From the NCBI GenBank assembly GCA_028281485.1, contig JANQJT010000342.1:1-43863 (forward strand): DNA of 43,863 bases. The letters run 5' to 3'. The notes under the pieces are model-generated. The model saw nothing but the letters and a program-made list of their open reading frames with translations. It searched no databases and was not told where the DNA came from. The translations under genes and the position numbers were made by a program. Shown one piece after another: positions 7,303-16,834 of this stretch. Origin of the DNA: Phycisphaeraceae bacterium (GTDB lineage: Bacteria; Planctomycetota; Phycisphaerae; Phycisphaerales; Zrk34). The number at the start of each line of letters is the position of its first letter. Position 1 is the stretch's first letter.

Positions 7303-10300
7303 ATGAGCGACCAGCAGGGGACAACAACCGCCGCCGCCTCGCCGCGCCGCGGTGGGAAGAAGAAGTGGATCATCCTGGCCATCGTTGTGGTGGTGCCGAT
7401 CCTGATCGTGCTGATGGTGCCCACCATCGCCGGCAGCGCATTCGGGCGCGGTCGCATCACCAGCGCCATCAACCAGTCCATCTCCGGTTCGGTCGAGATC
7501 GAATCGCTCAGCGCCAGCTGGTTCGGCTCGCAGACCCTCACGGGTCTGGTCCTCAAAGACCCGCACGGCAACGCCGTGGCGAACATCGATCGCGTGAGCG
7601 TCGACGCTTCGTTGCTGTCTTTAGCGACCGGCGGTCGTGACCTGGGCGAGGTTAACATCCAGGGCCTCACCGCCGATGTGCTGGCAGACGCGACCGGATC
7701 GAACCTCCAGCGCGCCATCACGCCCACCACGGAATCCGAGCCTTCCCAGTCGACCGAGTTGCCCGTCACGGGCCGCATCATCGTGACCGATGCGCAGCTC
7801 TCGCTCACCCAATCCGACAACGAACCGGTCCACGTCTCCGACCTCAACGTCAACGTCGATCTGGCCACGGACAAGCCCATCGCGTTCGAGCTGAGCGCGA
7901 AGACTGCGCAGGGCGAGCTGCGCGGCGGCATCGACGGCTCCGGTTCCTACGATCTGGCCAGCGAAGAAGTCATCGCCAAGGCCAACGTCGACAAGCTCCC
8001 CCTGGCTGGCGTCGATGCGCTGCTCGGAACGGGCGGCATTCTCGAGGCCGCCATCGGAAAACAGATGGACATCACCATCGACGCGACCTCGCAGGGCGAC
8101 ACACACGTCGGCCAGATCGCCATCGCCTCGCCGCAGCTCAACGGCCGATTCGATCTACAAACCGTCAACGACCAGATCGTCATCGATACAAAACAACCCG
8201 CCGTCTGGGTGATGTCCCAACAGTTCATCAAGACCTTCTACGCTGGCGACCCGCAGCTGCAGAGCCTGGCGCTGCGCGGCGACGTGCCGGTGAGCATCAC
8301 CCTCCACGCCGCGACCGCGGCCGACGGCTTCGCCGCACACACCACCTCCATCGCCGCCAATCTCACCGTCGCCGACGGCACACTCGCCGGCGACGAATCC
8401 ATCGGTACGCTGACCTGGTCCGGCCTGAGCGGAACGATCTTAAGCGAATCGCTGCAACACGGCGGAACCCTCAGCCTCAAAGGCAACACCACGATGGACG
8501 GCCGACCCGGCAGCGTCGCGGTGCAAGCCGTCGTGGCAAAGCCCTTCAACGCCGACAGCGAACTCGACCTGTCCGGCGCCGATATCGACGCCATCGTCGA
8601 AACGACCAACGTCCGCATCGCCACGATCGATCGCCTGGTCCAGCGCGGCGGCGATCTGGTCGAGCTGCTCGGCCCGTCACTCGATCTGCGCCTGACCGCA
8701 AAGAAAACCACCGACTCGCCCACCACGTTCTCCGGCCAACTGCGGGTCGCCGCAGACAGCAAGCTCGCAAACGTCTTGTCCGATCAAATCACGCTCGGCG
8801 GCAGCGCCCAATTCACACGCGACGCTTCCGGTCAGCCAAGCGAGACCAAGCTGAATCTCGCGCTCATCAGCTCATCGCAGCACACACCGCTCGAGCGGCT
8901 CTCCATCGCCGGCACCATCGATCCTGACTACGAGCAGTTCAATGGCGAATCGGCCCTGCGCTACAGGCTCATGCCCGACAAGGTCGGCTCCGGCGACGGC
9001 GAGCCCACACTCGCGCGCCCCGCCGATGTCCAGCTGCTCGTCAAAGACGCCGTCGTGCCGTTGCGGGGGTTCTCACTCGACGCCATCGCCGCGCAGATCG
9101 AGCTGCGGGTTGAACAGGTCGAGCTGGCCGGTGACCCGCGATTCGCGGGCATGACCGCGCGCGACCTGTCGGGCAGCGTCACGCTTGCACCCGATCAGCC
9201 GATGCGCGCGAACCTCACCGCCGCCACTAACGTGCCCGGCGCCGCCCAGCCCGGTTCGATCAAGATTAACGCCGCGCTGGACAACTGGACGCAAGACGGC
9301 GCGATCACGCCGGCCAACACCACCGGCAACGCGACCGTCGAACTGACCGATGTGCCCACCGCGTTTGTCGACGCCTTCATCGCGACCGGTGGCAAGCTGC
9401 CGACCTACATCGGTGACCAGGTCGACGTCACCCTCACGTTCGATGGCAAGAATGCAGACCGCCGCAACATCGTCGCATCGGTCACCAGCGAGAACCTCAA
9501 GGCCTCCGCGTCCGGCCATCTCACCGCAGACAACCGCTTCGTGCCGGACCGCAAGGTCATCCCGATCGAGTACAAGCTCACGCCCGCCGCCTACGCCGCG
9601 TGGGTCGCCGGTGAAAACGGCGCCCCGCCGCCCATGGCCCTCGTCAGTCCCATTACCGTCACCGCCACGATCCAAGACCTCCCCACCATCCCACTCGACG
9701 GCCCGATCGACCCGCGCGACCTGTCGTTCAACATCAACTTCAACGCCACCGACGCGTTCCTGAGAAACACCTCCGGGCGCGGCGAGGCGCGCATCAGCAA
9801 CCTGGCCGGCTCGCTCAACAGCGAGCGTCTGGCCGGCGGCGCCGTCGCCAAGCTCACCGGCAAGATCGACTACGCCAACCCCCAGGCACAACAAAACGCC
9901 ACCGGCAACCTCGACGTCAGCGGCTCGCTCAGCGACCTGTTCGACCAGACCGGCCAACTCAGCATCTCAACCGCCAGCGCCGACATCACCGCCAAGCTCG
10001 GCCAGATCCCCGTCGCGCCACTCGACCAGATCATCAACGCCGAGAACAAACTCCACGCCCTGCTCGGCGACACCGCCCAGCTCGACATCATCGTCAAGAT
10101 GGTCCGCGGCACGGGCCCCGTTCGCCTCATCGCCCAAAGCCCCAACACGCGTGCCCTACTCGTCGGGCGCGTGCAGGACGGCGTCATCGTGCTCGACCAG
10201 GACGGCCGGGCAGAGATCATCGCCACGCGCGAGCTCGGCCGACACGTCCTGCGCGACGTCAACTTCATGCTCGAATCGGTCTACTCCTCCAAGCAGCCGA

Positions 10301-11022
10301 TCCGCGTGACCATTCCCAAGGATGGCTTCCGACTGCCGTTGGACAACCCGACCGTCGCGGGCCTGCAGGCACAGGGCGTGGTGGTGGAGCTGGGCACGCT
10401 TCGCATGGAAAACCGCGGCCCACTGGCGCTGCTGATGAAGTTCGCCCGCCGCTCCAACCCGCAACAGTCCGATGCGCAGTTCACCCCCCTGGTCTTCTCG
10501 ATCAAGGACGGCAAGCTCCACTACGACCGCCGACTCGACATGCTCGTCGACGGCAGCTTCCACGCCGTTATGTTCGGCGACGTCAACCTGGTCACACAAC
10601 AACTCGACATGCGCCTCGGCCTGCCCCCGCAGACGCTCGATAAGGCGTTCAACATCGAAAACGTTCCGCCGAATTACGTCTATCAGATCCCCGCGCTCGG
10701 TCCGATCACCAAGCCCGACATCGATTACGTCAAGGCCGGCATAGAACTGGGCGCGATGAGTGCTAGCGGCAGCGCCAACAGCGAGGTCGGTCTGGCCATC
10801 GGCATCGGCACGGCGCTGCTCAACAAGGACAAGGGACCGCAGGCGAAAGACAAGCCCGTCCCGCCCCCGAGTCAGGACCCGCTGCCGTGGGTGAACCAAT
10901 TGCCCGTCGAGCAACCCGATCCCCAGCCGCAGCAACCGGCGCAACAGCAGCCGCGCCAACCCACCGAGGAAGAGATCAAGGATGCGCTGATTCGTGAGGG
11001 ATTGAAGCGCTTGTTGAAGTAG
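7303..11022 (+). CDS. AsmA/TamB-like giant envelope protein (N-terminal anchor, long beta-rich body, PQ-rich tail)
   Basis: KKKWIILAIVVVVPILIVLMVP anchor followed by ITSAINQSISGSVEIESLSASWFGSQTLTGLVLKD, which is typical of AsmA-family N-termini. About 1200 aa of repetitive beta-strand-like sequence follows. The C-terminal block PLVFSIKDGKLHYDRRLDMLVDG resembles the AsmA C-terminal region. Family call is from memory. Confidence 0.6.
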   Translation: MSDQQGTTTAAASPRRGGKKKWIILAIVVVVPILIVLMVPTIAGSAFGRGRITSAINQSISGSVEIESLSASWFGSQTLTGLVLKDPHGNAVANIDRVSVDASLLSLATGGRDLGEVNIQGLTADVLADATGSNLQRAITPTTESEPSQSTELPVTGRIIVTDAQLSLTQSDNEPVHVSDLNVNVDLATDKPIAFELSAKTAQGELRGGIDGSGSYDLASEEVIAKANVDKLPLAGVDALLGTGGILEAAIGKQMDITIDATSQGDTHVGQIAIASPQLNGRFDLQTVNDQIVIDTKQPAVWVMSQQFIKTFYAGDPQLQSLALRGDVPVSITLHAATAADGFAAHTTSIAANLTVADGTLAGDESIGTLTWSGLSGTILSESLQHGGTLSLKGNTTMDGRPGSVAVQAVVAKPFNADSELDLSGADIDAIVETTNVRIATIDRLVQRGGDLVELLGPSLDLRLTAKKTTDSPTTFSGQLRVAADSKLANVLSDQITLGGSAQFTRDASGQPSETKLNLALISSSQHTPLERLSIAGTIDPDYEQFNGESALRYRLMPDKVGSGDGEPTLARPADVQLLVKDAVVPLRGFSLDAIAAQIELRVEQVELAGDPRFAGMTARDLSGSVTLAPDQPMRANLTAATNVPGAAQPGSIKINAALDNWTQDGAITPANTTGNATVELTDVPTAFVDAFIATGGKLPTYIGDQVDVTLTFDGKNADRRNIVASVTSENLKASASGHLTADNRFVPDRKVIPIEYKLTPAAYAAWVAGENGAPPPMALVSPITVTATIQDLPTIPLDGPIDPRDLSFNINFNATDAFLRNTSGRGEARISNLAGSLNSERLAGGAVAKLTGKIDYANPQAQQNATGNLDVSGSLSDLFDQTGQLSISTASADITAKLGQIPVAPLDQIINAENKLHALLGDTAQLDIIVKMVRGTGPVRLIAQSPNTRALLVGRVQDGVIVLDQDGRAEIIATRELGRHVLRDVNFMLESVYSSKQPIRVTIPKDGFRLPLDNPTVAGLQAQGVVVELGTLRMENRGPLALLMKFARRSNPQQSDAQFTPLVFSIKDGKLHYDRRLDMLVDGSFHAVMFGDVNLVTQQLDMRLGLPPQTLDKAFNIENVPPNYVYQIPALGPITKPDIDYVKAGIELGAMSASGSANSEVGLAIGIGTALLNKDKGPQAKDKPVPPPSQDPLPWVNQLPVEQPDPQPQQPAQQQPRQPTEEEIKDALIREGLKRLLK

Positions 11023-12085
11023 TCAGGCCCCCCGTTTCATCGGTTGGGGGCTCAGCCGGCGGCGTCTCGATCGACACGCCGTTGATCTGGTCGATCATGA
11101 TGTTCAGATACCGGGGAAACTGCGGCAGGATCGTGTAGTGGTTGGCCTCGGCCAGCAGGTGGTGCTCTTCTGCCAGACCGATTCTCTCCGCGAGCATCTG
11201 GCCGTTACGCAACGGCACCACGCGATCGTTACGGGCGCTCACCAGCCAGGTTGTCTGAGGATCAAGACGGTGGGCCAGGTCGAACGGCTCGACGACGCTT
11301 AACAGCGCACGCAGCTTCTCATCCCTGTAGCCGGCGTTGTGCAAGCGATTGCGGAGCAGCGCCGCGTCGTGTTCCCCGTTCTCCAACACGTCGTACAGGT
11401 CCGCACCGGCCATCATGATGAAGGTCATGTCGAACGCGCTGTCCATCGAGGCGCACGTCGTGGCGATGAACCCGCCCAACGACGGGCCGAGCAATGAGAT
11501 GTTGTCGGTCTGAACATGCGGCAGCACCGCGATCGCGTCGCGCGCACGCCGCACGTCCGTCACGCCCTGCTGCGCGTTGAGCAGCGCCGTCAGCGACGAG
11601 GGCTGATCGACAACGCGTCGCTCGCCGAAGCCGGGCATCACAACGACAAACGCGTGCACCTTCTTAAACCGCAGGTACGTCGCCATGCCCTTGGCGACCA
11701 CCATCTTCGGATGAACGGTGTGCACGATCAGCACCGCCGGCGCATCGATGATTTGGCCCGCCTCGTCATGCGCCGCGAACCACTGCAACTGTACGCGGTC
11801 AAATCGGTCGTCACCCGACGGCTTGGGCGAGGGGAAGCTGTAGAGAAAATCACACTGCATGTCGTCAGCCAGCGGCTGGCGGGTCAGCTCAAACGCACCC
11901 GGCGTGTATCGCAGACCGGCGAGGATCTCGTTGGCGGCCGGATTTTCATCGGCGGCGATCGTCAGCGTGTCGCGAGCGGTATAAACCGCCTCGGGCGAGG
12001 CGGCTTCGGTCGGCCCCTCAGGCTCAGCCCAAATCACCGGTGTGCACAGCGCGACCCAGATCCAGAAAAACAGGCACTTACGCAT
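10976..12085 (-). CDS. secreted alpha/beta hydrolase (dienelactone hydrolase/esterase-like)
   Basis: Signal peptide MRKCLFFWIWVALCTPVIWAEP and nucleophile elbow GPSLGG within LLGPSLGGFIATT. Start set at ATG 12085. The 3' end overlaps the convergent AsmA-like gene by 47 nt. Confidence 0.7.
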   Translation of the reverse strand: MRKCLFFWIWVALCTPVIWAEPEGPTEAASPEAVYTARDTLTIAADENPAANEILAGLRYTPGAFELTRQPLADDMQCDFLYSFPSPKPSGDDRFDRVQLQWFAAHDEAGQIIDAPAVLIVHTVHPKMVVAKGMATYLRFKKVHAFVVVMPGFGERRVVDQPSSLTALLNAQQGVTDVRRARDAIAVLPHVQTDNISLLGPSLGGFIATTCASMDSAFDMTFIMMAGADLYDVLENGEHDAALLRNRLHNAGYRDEKLRALLSVVEPFDLAHRLDPQTTWLVSARNDRVVPLRNGQMLAERIGLAEEHHLLAEANHYTILPQFPRYLNIMIDQINGVSIETPPAEPPTDETGGLTTSTSASIPHESAHP

Positions 12086-12335
12086 GGCCCCATTGTAGAG
12101 CCCTAAGCCCATCCAAGTGAACAATCCACAGTGCCAGTTTGGCAGGAAAACCGGCCCGGCAGGGGCACGATGGCAGCATTGGGTTGCCCGTATTACCCAT
12201 AAAACATTGTCAATAAGCATTTTACGTATTATCTCTCTGGCGCGCTACTTGCCATAACCCCACTGGTGCGGAACGCCCGGATTCGCCGATTGGGTGGATA
12301 CCGGCCTCCGTCAGAACGAAACGAGGTACATGAAA

Positions 12336-14276
12336 ATGGCAACTCCCATTGGCATCGACTTAGGCACAACCAACAGCGTGGTGGCGTTGGTCGAGGGCGG
12401 CCAGCCCAAGGTGCTGGTCAACTCATCCGGCAACCGACTCACCCCCTCCGTCGTGGCTTACACCGACAAGGGCGAGGTGCTCGTCGGCCAGACCGCCAAG
12501 CACCAGCAGGTCACCAACCCCCTGCGCACCGTCTATTCCATCAAACGCTTCATGGGTCGGCGTCACAACGAGGTCCACAGCGAAGAGAAGATCGTGCCCT
12601 ACGGCGTGGTCGGCGGAGCGAACGACCTGGTCAAGGCCGAGATCGATGGCAACCAATACACGCCTCAGGAAATCAGCGCCAAGATCCTCCAGGACCTCAA
12701 GAAGACCGCGGAGGACTACCTCGGCGAAGAGGTCAAGCAGGCCGTCATCACCGTGCCCGCTTACTTCAACGACGCCCAGCGCCACGCCACCAAGGAGGCC
12801 GGCGAGATCGCGGGCCTCGAGGTCATGCGCATCATCAACGAGCCCACCGCCGCGGCGCTGGCCTACGGTCTGGACAAGAACAAAGAGCAAACCGTTGCCG
12901 TCTTCGACTTCGGTGGCGGCACCTTCGACATCTCCATCCTCGAGATCGATCCCGAGGTCGGCACTTTCCAGGTCAAGAGCACCAGCGGCGACACGCACCT
13001 CGGCGGTGACGACGTCGACGAGCTGCTCATCGATTACATCGCCGGCGAGTTCAAGAACACCGAGGGCATCGACCTGCGGCAGGACCCGATGGCCCTGCAA
13101 CGCCTCAAGGAGGCCGCGGAAAAAGCCAAGTGCGAGCTGTCCAGCACGATGGAGACCACGGTCAACCTGCCGTTCATCACCGCCGACCAATCCGGGCCCA
13201 AGCACCTGCAGATGGCCATCAACCGCGCCAAGCTCGAGACGCTGATCGCGCCGCTGATGGAGCGGCTGAAAAAGCCCTGCCTCCAGGCGATCGAAGACGC
13301 CAAGCTCTCGACCAGCGAGATCGACGAGGTCGTGATGGTCGGCGGCTCGACGCGCATCCCCGCGGTGCAGCAGGTGGTCATCGACGTCTTCGGCAAGGAG
13401 CCCAACCGCTCGATCAACCCCGACGAGGTCGTCGCGGTCGGCGCCGGCGTGCTGGCCAACGAGCTGACCAAGGGCAAGGAGTCCGACATCCTCCTGCTCG
13501 ACGTCACCCCGCTGTCGCTGGGCATCGAGACGCTCGGCGGCGTGATGACCAAGCTCATCGAGAAGAACACCACCATCCCCACGAGCAAGGCCGAGACCTT
13601 CAGCACCGCCAGTGACAGCCAGACCGAGGTGACCGTGCACGTGCTGCAGGGCGAGCGTGAGTTCGCCCGCGACAACCGCTCGCTGGGCCAGTTCAACCTG
13701 ACCGGCATCCCGCCGGCGCCGCGCGGCATGCCGCAGATCGAAGTCACGTTCAACATCGACGCCAACGGCATCCTCAACGTCTCAGCCAAGGACAAGGCCA
13801 CCAACAAGGAGCAGTCGATCGAGATCAAGGGCTCCAGCGGTCTCAGCGACGACGAGGTCGAACAGATGAAGCGCGACGCCGAGGCTCACGCCGAGGAAGA
13901 CCGCAAACGCCGCGAGTTCATCGACGCCAAGAACCGCGCCGACTCAACCGTCTACCAAACCCGCCAGGCCCTGGCCGAACATGGCGACAAAATCGACGCG
14001 AAAATCCGCGGCGACATCGAGGCGGCCTGCAACAACGTCGAGGAAGCCTGCAAGAACGAAGACGTCGCGGCGCTGGACCAGGCCGTGGCCGAACTGGAGA
14101 AGAACTCCATGGAACTCGGCAAGGCCATGTACGAGGCCCAGGCAGCGGCCAACGAGGCCAACCAGGCGGCCGACATGGAAAATGCCGCCTCCGGTGAAAC
14201 GTCCGGCGGTGGGGCAGCATCACAGGGTTCGGAAGACGTGATCGATGCCGACTTCAAGGTGAAAGACGAGAAATAA
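12336..14276 (+). CDS. dnaK: molecular chaperone DnaK (Hsp70)
   Basis: [36 protein letters not shown] and [11 protein letters not shown] are canonical Hsp70 motifs. ATG 12336 lies 9 nt after GAGG; an alternative ATG is at 12330. Confidence 0.97.
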   Translation: MATPIGIDLGTTNSVVALVEGGQPKVLVNSSGNRLTPSVVAYTDKGEVLVGQTAKHQQVTNPLRTVYSIKRFMGRRHNEVHSEEKIVPYGVVGGANDLVKAEIDGNQYTPQEISAKILQDLKKTAEDYLGEEVKQAVITVPAYFNDAQRHATKEAGEIAGLEVMRIINEPTAAALAYGLDKNKEQTVAVFDFGGGTFDISILEIDPEVGTFQVKSTSGDTHLGGDDVDELLIDYIAGEFKNTEGIDLRQDPMALQRLKEAAEKAKCELSSTMETTVNLPFITADQSGPKHLQMAINRAKLETLIAPLMERLKKPCLQAIEDAKLSTSEIDEVVMVGGSTRIPAVQQVVIDVFGKEPNRSINPDEVVAVGAGVLANELTKGKESDILLLDVTPLSLGIETLGGVMTKLIEKNTTIPTSKAETFSTASDSQTEVTVHVLQGEREFARDNRSLGQFNLTGIPPAPRGMPQIEVTFNIDANGILNVSAKDKATNKEQSIEIKGSSGLSDDEVEQMKRDAEAHAEEDRKRREFIDAKNRADSTVYQTRQALAEHGDKIDAKIRGDIEAACNNVEEACKNEDVAALDQAVAELEKNSMELGKAMYEAQAAANEANQAADMENAASGETSGGGAASQGSEDVIDADFKVKDEK

Positions 14277-14292
14277 TCGATAGACCATCACC

Positions 14293-14357
14293 CCTCAGCC
14301 CCTGCTGAGGAATGCCCCTTGGCCCGCGGGATGTGCCTCCCCCGCGGGCTGTTTTTA
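14293..14357 (+). terminator. two tandem hairpins after dnaK, the second a rho-independent terminator
   Basis: CCTCAGC-cccT-GCTGAGG (14293-14310), then GCCCGCGGG-10 nt-CCCGCGGGC followed by TGTTTTTA (14322-14357). Confidence 0.75.
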
Positions 14358-14385
14358 TCCATGTCTTAACGTAGCATGACCGGCC

Positions 14386-15054
14386 ATGAGCGACCTGCCC
14401 CAAGACTTCGTCCGACCCGATCGAATCGACTGGCCCGTGCCCGATTGGCTCTGGCCGGACGCGCCGCGCAGCGGTGAGGTGATCGCCCGGCTGAACTGGC
14501 TGGAGCAGAACGGTCAGCCTTTGGCGCCGATCGGCATCACGGGTGTGAACGACATGACGATGATCGAAGTGGCGGGGGTGTGTGAACGCGTGCAGTTCGA
14601 GGCAGAGCTGTACGACGCGCACAAGGACCACGCGGTGGTGGTGATCGCCGGCGAGGCGCCCCCGGAAGTGTTGCATCAGCTACGCACGCTGGACGGGCGC
14701 GACCGCGTGATCGTTTGGCGTCACACGGGGCTGCGCCTCGATCCGCCCGGCGCAGCCCATGTGCAAAACGCCAACGAGCTGATCGAGGCGATCGCCGCGC
14801 ACATCGATCCCGTCATTCGGCTCGAGCCGCGCTGCGAGGCGCTAAGCGTGCGCAGCTACCGCGTGGACGATGAACACTGGATGGTGATCTTCAACAACGG
14901 CGACGACCCGATCGATGTCGCAGCGACCTTTTCGATTGGTGGCGAGCGCAGCGGGATCGACCCGGAGACCGGCGACGCGTTTGCGTTGGGGCAACGGGTC
15001 CGACTGATGCTACCACCGCGTAAGCTGGCGATGCTGCGCATCGAGTCGGCGTGA
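14386..15054 (+). CDS. hypothetical protein
   Basis: Clean ATG-initiated ORF filling the gap between dnaK and the convergent Cys-cluster gene. Codon usage resembles its neighbours. No motif recognised. Confidence 0.55.
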   Translation: MSDLPQDFVRPDRIDWPVPDWLWPDAPRSGEVIARLNWLEQNGQPLAPIGITGVNDMTMIEVAGVCERVQFEAELYDAHKDHAVVVIAGEAPPEVLHQLRTLDGRDRVIVWRHTGLRLDPPGAAHVQNANELIEAIAAHIDPVIRLEPRCEALSVRSYRVDDEHWMVIFNNGDDPIDVAATFSIGGERSGIDPETGDAFALGQRVRLMLPPRKLAMLRIESA

Positions 15055-15079
15055 AACGGATACTGTGATTGAAAGATGC

Positions 15080-15508
15080 TTACGCCGCTTCGTGGAGCGG
15101 TTGACCGTTCATGGTCACCGGCGTGATGGGGTTACGCGCGGGGATGAACTGGATCGGCACGTATCGGCTGAGGCGCTGGATCGTCGCCCGGGCGGCGGAG
15201 TTCTCCGCGGCGCCGGGCAGAATCTCGTGCGCGTACAGGGTCTGTCGCTTGGTCTCGTGATCGGGCAGTGTGGCGGTGAAGAAAACGCCCAGCTTATCGG
15301 GCCGCTCTTCGTCGGAGAGGATGCCGTTGGTGTCGCGCACCCACATGCAGTACCACGTGCGGCACACTTCCGGGCGGTTTTCGTAGTTGCCGCAACCGGC
15401 CTCGGTGATGTGGCCACAGCTCACGCCCGCGGGCTTGTTCAGCGGTGAAACCTTCATCGTGGTGCAACAGATGTTGCATCCCCCGCATTGGCGATCCGTC
15501 TGGGGCAT
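15080..15508 (-). CDS. YkgJ-family (UPF0153) Cys-cluster zinc/iron-chelating domain protein
   Basis: CGGCNICC ... CGHITEAGCGNYENRPEVCRTWYC matches the CxxCxxCC plus C-x-(I/N)Y-x-x-RP-x-x-CR pattern. Start set at ATG 15508, after GAGGAG. Confidence 0.7.
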   Translation of the reverse strand: MPQTDRQCGGCNICCTTMKVSPLNKPAGVSCGHITEAGCGNYENRPEVCRTWYCMWVRDTNGILSDEERPDKLGVFFTATLPDHETKRQTLYAHEILPGAAENSAARATIQRLSRYVPIQFIPARNPITPVTMNGQPLHEAA

Positions 15509-15678
15509 CTCAACTCCTCGAGGTTCTGCCGCCTTTTGCGCGGGCGGAACCGTGACTGACACCTTGCATCGGGTCGATCGACACCCGAGTGAACCGGCGA
15601 CTTGGCGATTGTGATCGATAACCGTCATGGACCTGCCGCGGTTGCCCGCACTCGGCGGTTCGGTATCCTGTTACGCCT

Positions 15679-16668
15679 ATGGTTCAGCAGTTAGAGCAAC
15701 TCGAAGCCGAAGCCAAGGCCGCCCTCAGCGAGGTCAGCGATGCGCCCGCCCTGGAGCGCTTCCGCATCGATTACCTCGGACCCAAGGGCAAGCTGAAGTC
15801 GGCGATGAGCTGGCTGAAAGACGCCAGCCCCGAGGACAAGCCCAAGCTGGGCCAGGGACTCAACCAACTCAAGCAACAGCTCGAGGGCGAGTTCAAGCAG
15901 AAACAGGAAACGCTCGGTGACGCCAAGCCCAGGGTCACGGGCCCCGCGATTGACGTGACCGAGCCCGGCGATCCGCCTCGGATGGGGCGGGTGCACGTGC
16001 TGCGGCAGGTGATCGACGAGCTGATCGAGGTGTTCGGCCGCATGGGCTTCGATGTGGCCGAAGGCCCCGAACTCGAAGACGAGCAGCACAACTTCGTCGA
16101 CCTGAACATCCCCCCCGAGCACCCGGCCCGCGATCCGCTGGACAACTTCTACCTCGACGCCACCCACCTGCTGCGCACGCAGACCTCCACCGTGCAAATC
16201 CGCGTGATGGAACAGACCCCGCCGCCCGTGCGCATCGTCTCGCTCGGCCGCGTCTACCGACCGGACACACACGACGCCACGCACAGCTCGATGTTCCACC
16301 AGATCGAAGGCCTCTACGTCAACGAGAAGGTCACGATGGTGGACCTCAAGAGCACGCTGATGCAGTTCGCCCACGCGTTCTTTGGCAAGGATGCCGAGGT
16401 GCGGCTGCGCCCGAGCTACTTCCCGTTCACCGAGCCGTCAGCCGAGCTGGACATCAAGATGACCGTCCGCGGCAAGACCGAATGGGTCGAGCTTGGCGGC
16501 TGCGGCATGGTCGACCCCAACGTGTTCGAGGCTGTGGGCTACGACCCCGAAAAATGGACGGGCTTCGCGTTCGGTCTGGGCATCGAACGGATCGCCATGA
16601 AACGATACGGCATCGGCGACATCCGCTGGTTCTACGAGAACGACACCCGCTTTCTGAGTCAGTTTTGA
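15679..16668 (+). CDS. pheS: phenylalanine--tRNA ligase alpha subunit
   Basis: HPARDPLDNFY, LLRTQTSTVQIR, YFPFTEPSAELDI and GCGMVDPNV...GFAFGLGIERIAMKRYGIGDIRWFYENDTRFLSQF are class II/PheS motifs. Confidence 0.95.
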   Translation: MVQQLEQLEAEAKAALSEVSDAPALERFRIDYLGPKGKLKSAMSWLKDASPEDKPKLGQGLNQLKQQLEGEFKQKQETLGDAKPRVTGPAIDVTEPGDPPRMGRVHVLRQVIDELIEVFGRMGFDVAEGPELEDEQHNFVDLNIPPEHPARDPLDNFYLDATHLLRTQTSTVQIRVMEQTPPPVRIVSLGRVYRPDTHDATHSSMFHQIEGLYVNEKVTMVDLKSTLMQFAHAFFGKDAEVRLRPSYFPFTEPSAELDIKMTVRGKTEWVELGGCGMVDPNVFEAVGYDPEKWTGFAFGLGIERIAMKRYGIGDIRWFYENDTRFLSQF

Positions 16669-16834
16669 GGCACTTTTTTCACACACGACAGAACTGTTAC
16701 GCGGGCGTTAGCGTATCACCTTAATCACGGCGGTATCCGTGCGGCTCGACTTGGGGGCGAGACGTACAAACCTCATGATGGAAGAGGTTTAGAGAGAAGC
16801 ATCCTACAGAATCACGAAGGGGATCAGCAGGCCC

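Noticed and set aside
9073-9957. 294-aa ORF antisense to the AsmA-like gene
   Set aside because: Same GC artefact: Gly/Asp/Arg/Val-rich with no start context.
12086-12335. Looked for a CIRCE (HrcA) operator and a sigma-32 promoter upstream of dnaK
   Set aside because: No TTAGCACTC-N9-GAGTGCTAA-like inverted repeat is present. CTTGCC...CCCCAC at about 12249-12265 has -35-like and -10-like parts too close together to be a sigma-32 promoter.
12423-13640. 405-aa ORF antisense to dnaK
   Set aside because: Long open antisense frames opposite hsp70 genes are a well-known compositional artefact. The dnaK frame carries all canonical motifs and this one carries none.
15509-15678. Possible T-box or leader-peptide attenuator upstream of pheS
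   Set aside because: Only short hairpins are present. There is no specifier loop or T-box consensus and no Phe-rich mini-ORF.
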